Positions 60,237 through 64,000 of a stretch of DNA of 64,000 nt are shown piece by piece. The first letter of the stretch is position 1, and the number at the start of each line of letters is the position of its first letter. This stretch comes from Barthelona sp. PCE. Its lineage: Eukaryota. The DNA is taken from positions 186,001 through 250,000 of the forward strand of contig JAUFOR010000006.1 of the NCBI GenBank assembly GCA_040285745.1, given 5' to 3'. The translations under genes and the position numbers were made by a program. The notes below the pieces were generated by a model. The model was not told the origin of the DNA. It did not search any database and saw only the letters and a list, made by a program, of their open reading frames with translations.

Positions 60237-61026
60237 TTAATCCTGTCTGGATCTTAACACAACAGTTCTTACATGTTCTTTTGTTACAACAGTCACATGT
60301 AATTTCCATCCTGATATAGCATCTCTGTTTAATGCTCCTTGCATAGCATGAGCAACAGCATGCATTAGTTCCTCTTCTTCAAGATCAGGACGCCAGAACG
60401 TCTCTGCCATACCCATAAGATTCTCTTCACACGTGCCTGCTACAATAAAATCATGAGGTTCTGTAATATCTCCGATAATATCTGTTCCATACACTCGAGG
60501 CTTACCATCTTTATCAAAGCCTGCGATGATGCCCTCAACGTAGAACGGTGACCAGCGTTTAATGTATTGTTCGTGAGAAAGCATGTGAGTAAAGGCTTCA
60601 ACATCCATATCTCGCTTTTCCTTCATTTTATAAAGGTTGCTGTGGAATTTCATTGTGCTGTGGAGTGTCTGAACGTCAGAGGCCATTCCAGCTAAGCCAT
60701 AGTAACATTCATCATTGATTCTGAAAACCTAAATATTAGTAACTGAATCCAGTTATTAAAGAGTTATGCAGCGGTTATTGTAAAGGGAAACTCGCAAAGT
60801 GTGAGTTAAAATATGAGCAATATCCCCTTTAAAAATAAAAAACACAGTTGAAGATCAACTGATTAACAACATAAAACATTTAAATGTCACATACGCGCTC
60901 GAAATCTTTGCCTAAAAACTCGGCATTGTTTCCAATTTTGCTGTCATAACCAATAGCGATGCAGGATTTTCCTGTCATTGCCATCATTGCGCCTCCATTA
61001 ATTTCCATTGGATTTTGATCTGACAT
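60237..61026 (-). CDS. PSMB3: 20S proteasome subunit beta-3 (exons 61026-60895, 60728-60237)
   Basis: Exon 1 MSDQNPMEINGGAMMAMTGKSCIAIGYD...KDFER; exon 2 VFRINDECYYGLAGMASDVQT...GMAETFWRPDL...NRDAISGW...RQD. Confidence 0.95.
60729..60894 (-). other. Spliceosomal intron, 166 nt, structured
   Basis: GTATGT...CTAATATTTAG on the minus strand, phase 0; restores a contiguous beta-3 sequence. Confidence 0.92.
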
Positions 61027-61637
61027 ATCTGCTAATTCCGCTCTTGAACGACTTTAAAGAAAAAAAGGTGAAAGGAGAAGGAGAAAATGTGTTTACAACA
61101 TTGACAATTAGAGTTTGCGATTGCAACATCCTCAGTTGGGAAAATCTCGATGATACATCAGGGTTGTGCGATTGAAAAGAGCAAAGGAATATCCAATGGA
61201 ATGTGAGCCTTGAAGTAATTTACTTAACATTATGTTCTTGTTTTAATATTTCACTGGTATATAGTTTGCATAAAATCATTTATGAGTTTGCAAAACTGTA
61301 TCAATGCTATTCATAGGTTCATTGTGATTGATAGTTTTCTAACATACTTTTTCAACGGTATCATAATCACTCTCCGTGGATGGATGATCATAAAAAGTAG
61401 TTAAAAGCCACAATTAGAAGCAGTTAGCCCATAAAATTCAAACAAAATTCAGATACAGCAAAGAACTCAGTTAAGCTCTTTTTTTAGATGTTATATATAA
61501 AAGCGTGTATATAAGGTCATAATATCGGTATTGTACAAAAAAATTTTAACAATTAGGAATAAATTAAGAGTTTGCAAAATAACACGATGTTTTTCATAAT
61601 TTTACTCTTTCAAGATATGTCACCTTTGACTTAGTCA

Positions 61638-64000
61638 ATGAGTAGCACATACGACGAGATATTTCGGGATCTGTCCTCAACGGATTCAACTTCCCGTTAC
61701 GATGCTCTTCACAAGCTGAAGATAGATCTCAGAAAGCATCGTGTGGTCGATCTAAACATCGATCTTGAGCGCCTAGTAAGGTTGCTGAACGAATGTCTTG
61801 TATATAAAGTCTGGTCTGTATCGCATCAGACTTTGCAGTTGTTACAGCAGGTTGTAGGGTCTCTTGGTGTCAGTCAGAACGAAGAGGAGATTGTTCTATT
61901 CCTTGAAAACTTCACATATAACACGATTGAGCTATTAATGAATGAAAAAGTTTTACTTCGACGAGGAGCTTCTCGATTACTGTCACAATGGAACGAGAGC
62001 TACGACATGTCGAAGGGTTACATCATTAAACGTTTTCTAGAGCATATTGGGAAAGATGTATCGTCCGATAGACTTTCTCGGTTGTTGGAAGAGATGACGT
62101 GTATAATGGAGTCGTATGAGGATCTTGACGACGCAATGTTATATGACATTTTTGTGTTCTTACACGCAAGCAAGGATGATAATAACGATGTTATGGAATT
62201 TTATGAATTTCTGAAGAACAGATTCTATACGGGTTACAAACATTTCATTAACAAAGCGGGGATCCAGGAGGAAAAGAACGTTACGGAATCGATGAGTAGG
62301 AGCTTCTCTTCTGCTTCTATGGTCTCTAATTCTGGATTCATTGGTCTTGATGTACAGTTACAACAGGCATTGAATCGTATCGAGGACGAAACCAAGTGCG
62401 TTGACCTGTTGCAGACAATCGATGATCATTTATTACGGTTACCTATTTCTTCATCATTGCAATATCTGAATAATTTGAACAAAAGTATTAAAATTCTAAC
62501 TCATTTCTTTATTGATACTACTGATAAACGCATCATCTTAGTTGCATTTGATATCCTCAACAGATTGATCCAGAAGGTTGGTCTAGATCTAATGCCTTTA
62601 TTACCGGTTGTTATTGAAGCATTAGTGAATGTGAATATTGGTGTTAGAGGTGTAGTGAACCCGCTGTTGATGGTATTCATTGAGTTATTTAAGTCGTTTA
62701 CTCCCAAAGCCGTTCTCAGAAACTTACTTGCCTTAATTCACAGCAAAAATTGGGTTGTTCGTTTTGTTGTGCTCTGCGCATTAGCACAGGGTTTACTGGT
62801 GACGGACACCGTGGCAGATATCAACCTATTGATGCCAGTGTTGTTGGAGATGGCGACTGATGAGTTTAAACCTATTCATGAGATAGTTGTGGAGATTGTC
62901 GCACATCTAGCAATTGTGTGCAGTGCTACACGCCTACGCCTACAGTTAAGTACAGCCAGTATTTCGCAGAGAGCGTCAGTCATGGAGGGTATCCACGCCC
63001 CGCATCGACTGCAGACGGTTGTTGATTCAGGCCTTTTAGACACAAGCATCTTTGATTTGACAGGGTTGGAGCAGCGAAAGCAACGCCAAAAGCAGAAGAC
63101 AATGACCCCATTACAGCAGTTTAGGAGGAGTCATTCAAGGACAAAGATACGTGAGTCTCCATCACCTGTTGCAGTTCAACCTCAGCAGCGCCCTTCACCA
63201 ACAGATGTATTCTCGCATAGAAGTCTGCCACGTTCGCCAAGTTTTGAGAATGATTTGGATGAAGGAGAGAAGTTCACCATTAATACCCTTATTTCGCCAC
63301 TCCGAAAGAAGTCATCTCCCTTGAGCAATGAGCAAGAGATGGAACTGTCCCCCCGGTTTACACCGCTGAAGGAGAAGACCCCAGTAAGACAGATCAGGGA
63401 GCCTGAGAGTCCAATGCCTGTGATTCCTCATATAGCACTGGAGGAGAGGAAGAAAGCAGAGCAGAAGACGCCCGAGAGGTACCAGGAGAAGTCAGATGAC
63501 TTCGAGGACCTGTTCAGGATAGCGAAAGAGAAGCAAAAGACCATTGATAGGAAGAAGCCTGAAGCAGTTATTGATGATCATTATAGGATAAATAGCGGAA
63601 AGCTGCTAGAGGACGATGACAGAGTCGTGGACACGTCCATCCTGTCGTCCAGTCTTGCAACACTCAAAACTAACCGAACAATGTGGAGTTCAAGGTCAAG
63701 CAGGCGTTCGCAACGCGTTTCAAATTCTGCCGGCCGGAAGACGCGCCGCACATACACACCTAGTGCGAGAAACAGAAAGATGCCTGATGCGCTGCAAAAT
63801 CTTCGGAATTCACCAACAGTAGCGACAGCTTCAGTAGTATCGTCTTCAGTAGCTTCTAGCATCGGTGATCCACATGAAAGTCATGAATCTGCACCGCCGG
63901 TGATGCAGACGAATGTGTTTGGGATGACAACACCTTCAAAAACAAATATGTCGAGTATTGCAAGTATTAACTCCTTGAAACTGGATGATCACGAAAAGAG
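61638..64000 (+). CDS. TOG/HEAT-repeat microtubule-binding protein, crescerin/TOGARAM (CHE-12)-like; 3' partial
   Basis: ATG 61638 (MSSTYDEIFRDLSS). Absent from the ORF track, consistent with no stop before the window end. The second TOG-like block (FFIDTTDKRIILVAFDILNRLIQKVG...FTPKAVLRNLLALIHSKNWVVRF) resembles crescerin TOG2, followed by an S/P/R-rich linker. Confidence 0.75.
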   Translation, partial: MSSTYDEIFRDLSSTDSTSRYDALHKLKIDLRKHRVVDLNIDLERLVRLLNECLVYKVWSVSHQTLQLLQQVVGSLGVSQNEEEIVLFLENFTYNTIELLMNEKVLLRRGASRLLSQWNESYDMSKGYIIKRFLEHIGKDVSSDRLSRLLEEMTCIMESYEDLDDAMLYDIFVFLHASKDDNNDVMEFYEFLKNRFYTGYKHFINKAGIQEEKNVTESMSRSFSSASMVSNSGFIGLDVQLQQALNRIEDETKCVDLLQTIDDHLLRLPISSSLQYLNNLNKSIKILTHFFIDTTDKRIILVAFDILNRLIQKVGLDLMPLLPVVIEALVNVNIGVRGVVNPLLMVFIELFKSFTPKAVLRNLLALIHSKNWVVRFVVLCALAQGLLVTDTVADINLLMPVLLEMATDEFKPIHEIVVEIVAHLAIVCSATRLRLQLSTASISQRASVMEGIHAPHRLQTVVDSGLLDTSIFDLTGLEQRKQRQKQKTMTPLQQFRRSHSRTKIRESPSPVAVQPQQRPSPTDVFSHRSLPRSPSFENDLDEGEKFTINTLISPLRKKSSPLSNEQEMELSPRFTPLKEKTPVRQIREPESPMPVIPHIALEERKKAEQKTPERYQEKSDDFEDLFRIAKEKQKTIDRKKPEAVIDDHYRINSGKLLEDDDRVVDTSILSSSLATLKTNRTMWSSRSSRRSQRVSNSAGRKTRRTYTPSARNRKMPDALQNLRNSPTVATASVVSSSVASSIGDPHESHESAPPVMQTNVFGMTTPSKTNMSSIASINSLKLDDHEK

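Noticed and set aside
61288-61328. Minus-strand GTATGT...CCTATGAATAG, a 41-nt intron-like stretch upstream of PSMB3
   Set aside because: The acceptor deviates from the consensus, and splicing yields no meaningful ORF.
1-64000. Alternative genetic code, CRISPR arrays, rRNA, transposases or retroelements
   Set aside because: Conserved genes end at TAA or TAG at expected positions and TGA ends others. No repeat-spacer arrays, rRNA-like segments, or RT/transposase motifs were seen.

Overview
Gene-dense, AT-rich eukaryotic (protist) chromosome segment. It uses the standard code: TAA, TAG and TGA all end conserved genes. About 28 protein-coding loci and one tRNA-Asp(GTC) are present, often separated by under 100 bp. 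Recognisable genes: PFDN5, TRM112, a 4806-aa highly divergent axonemal dynein heavy chain, a GRAM protein, a calcineurin-B-like protein, APC10, a CTL/SLC44 transporter, a bacterial-type cupin, a >3300-aa IPT/TIG surface protein, ATG18/WIPI, a CELF RRM protein, LSM1, a DYRK kinase, an MFS transporter, ALG3, a bacterial-type DUF1963/YwqG protein, SPT5, a SYP7-type Qc-SNARE, proteasome beta-3 and a TOG (crescerin-like) gene running off the right end. Four spliceosomal introns that restore reading frames can be read directly (37, 41, 44 and 166 nt). All start GTAT(G/C) and end in a fused branch-point/acceptor CTHAYRTTTAG with the same spacing as Giardia/Trichomonas introns, which suggests a metamonad-type organism (inference). 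Highlights: (1) an intact but apparently motor-dead dynein with a Ser-rich IQ-motif insertion; (2) the fixed branch-point/3' splice-site rule and a strongly folded 166-nt intron; (3) a tRNA-adjacent island of four very divergent ~600-690 aa paralogues, plus a fifth, frameshifted relative fused to a pseudokinase; (4) candidate bacterial gene transfers. No database searches were run; family assignments come from recalled motifs.
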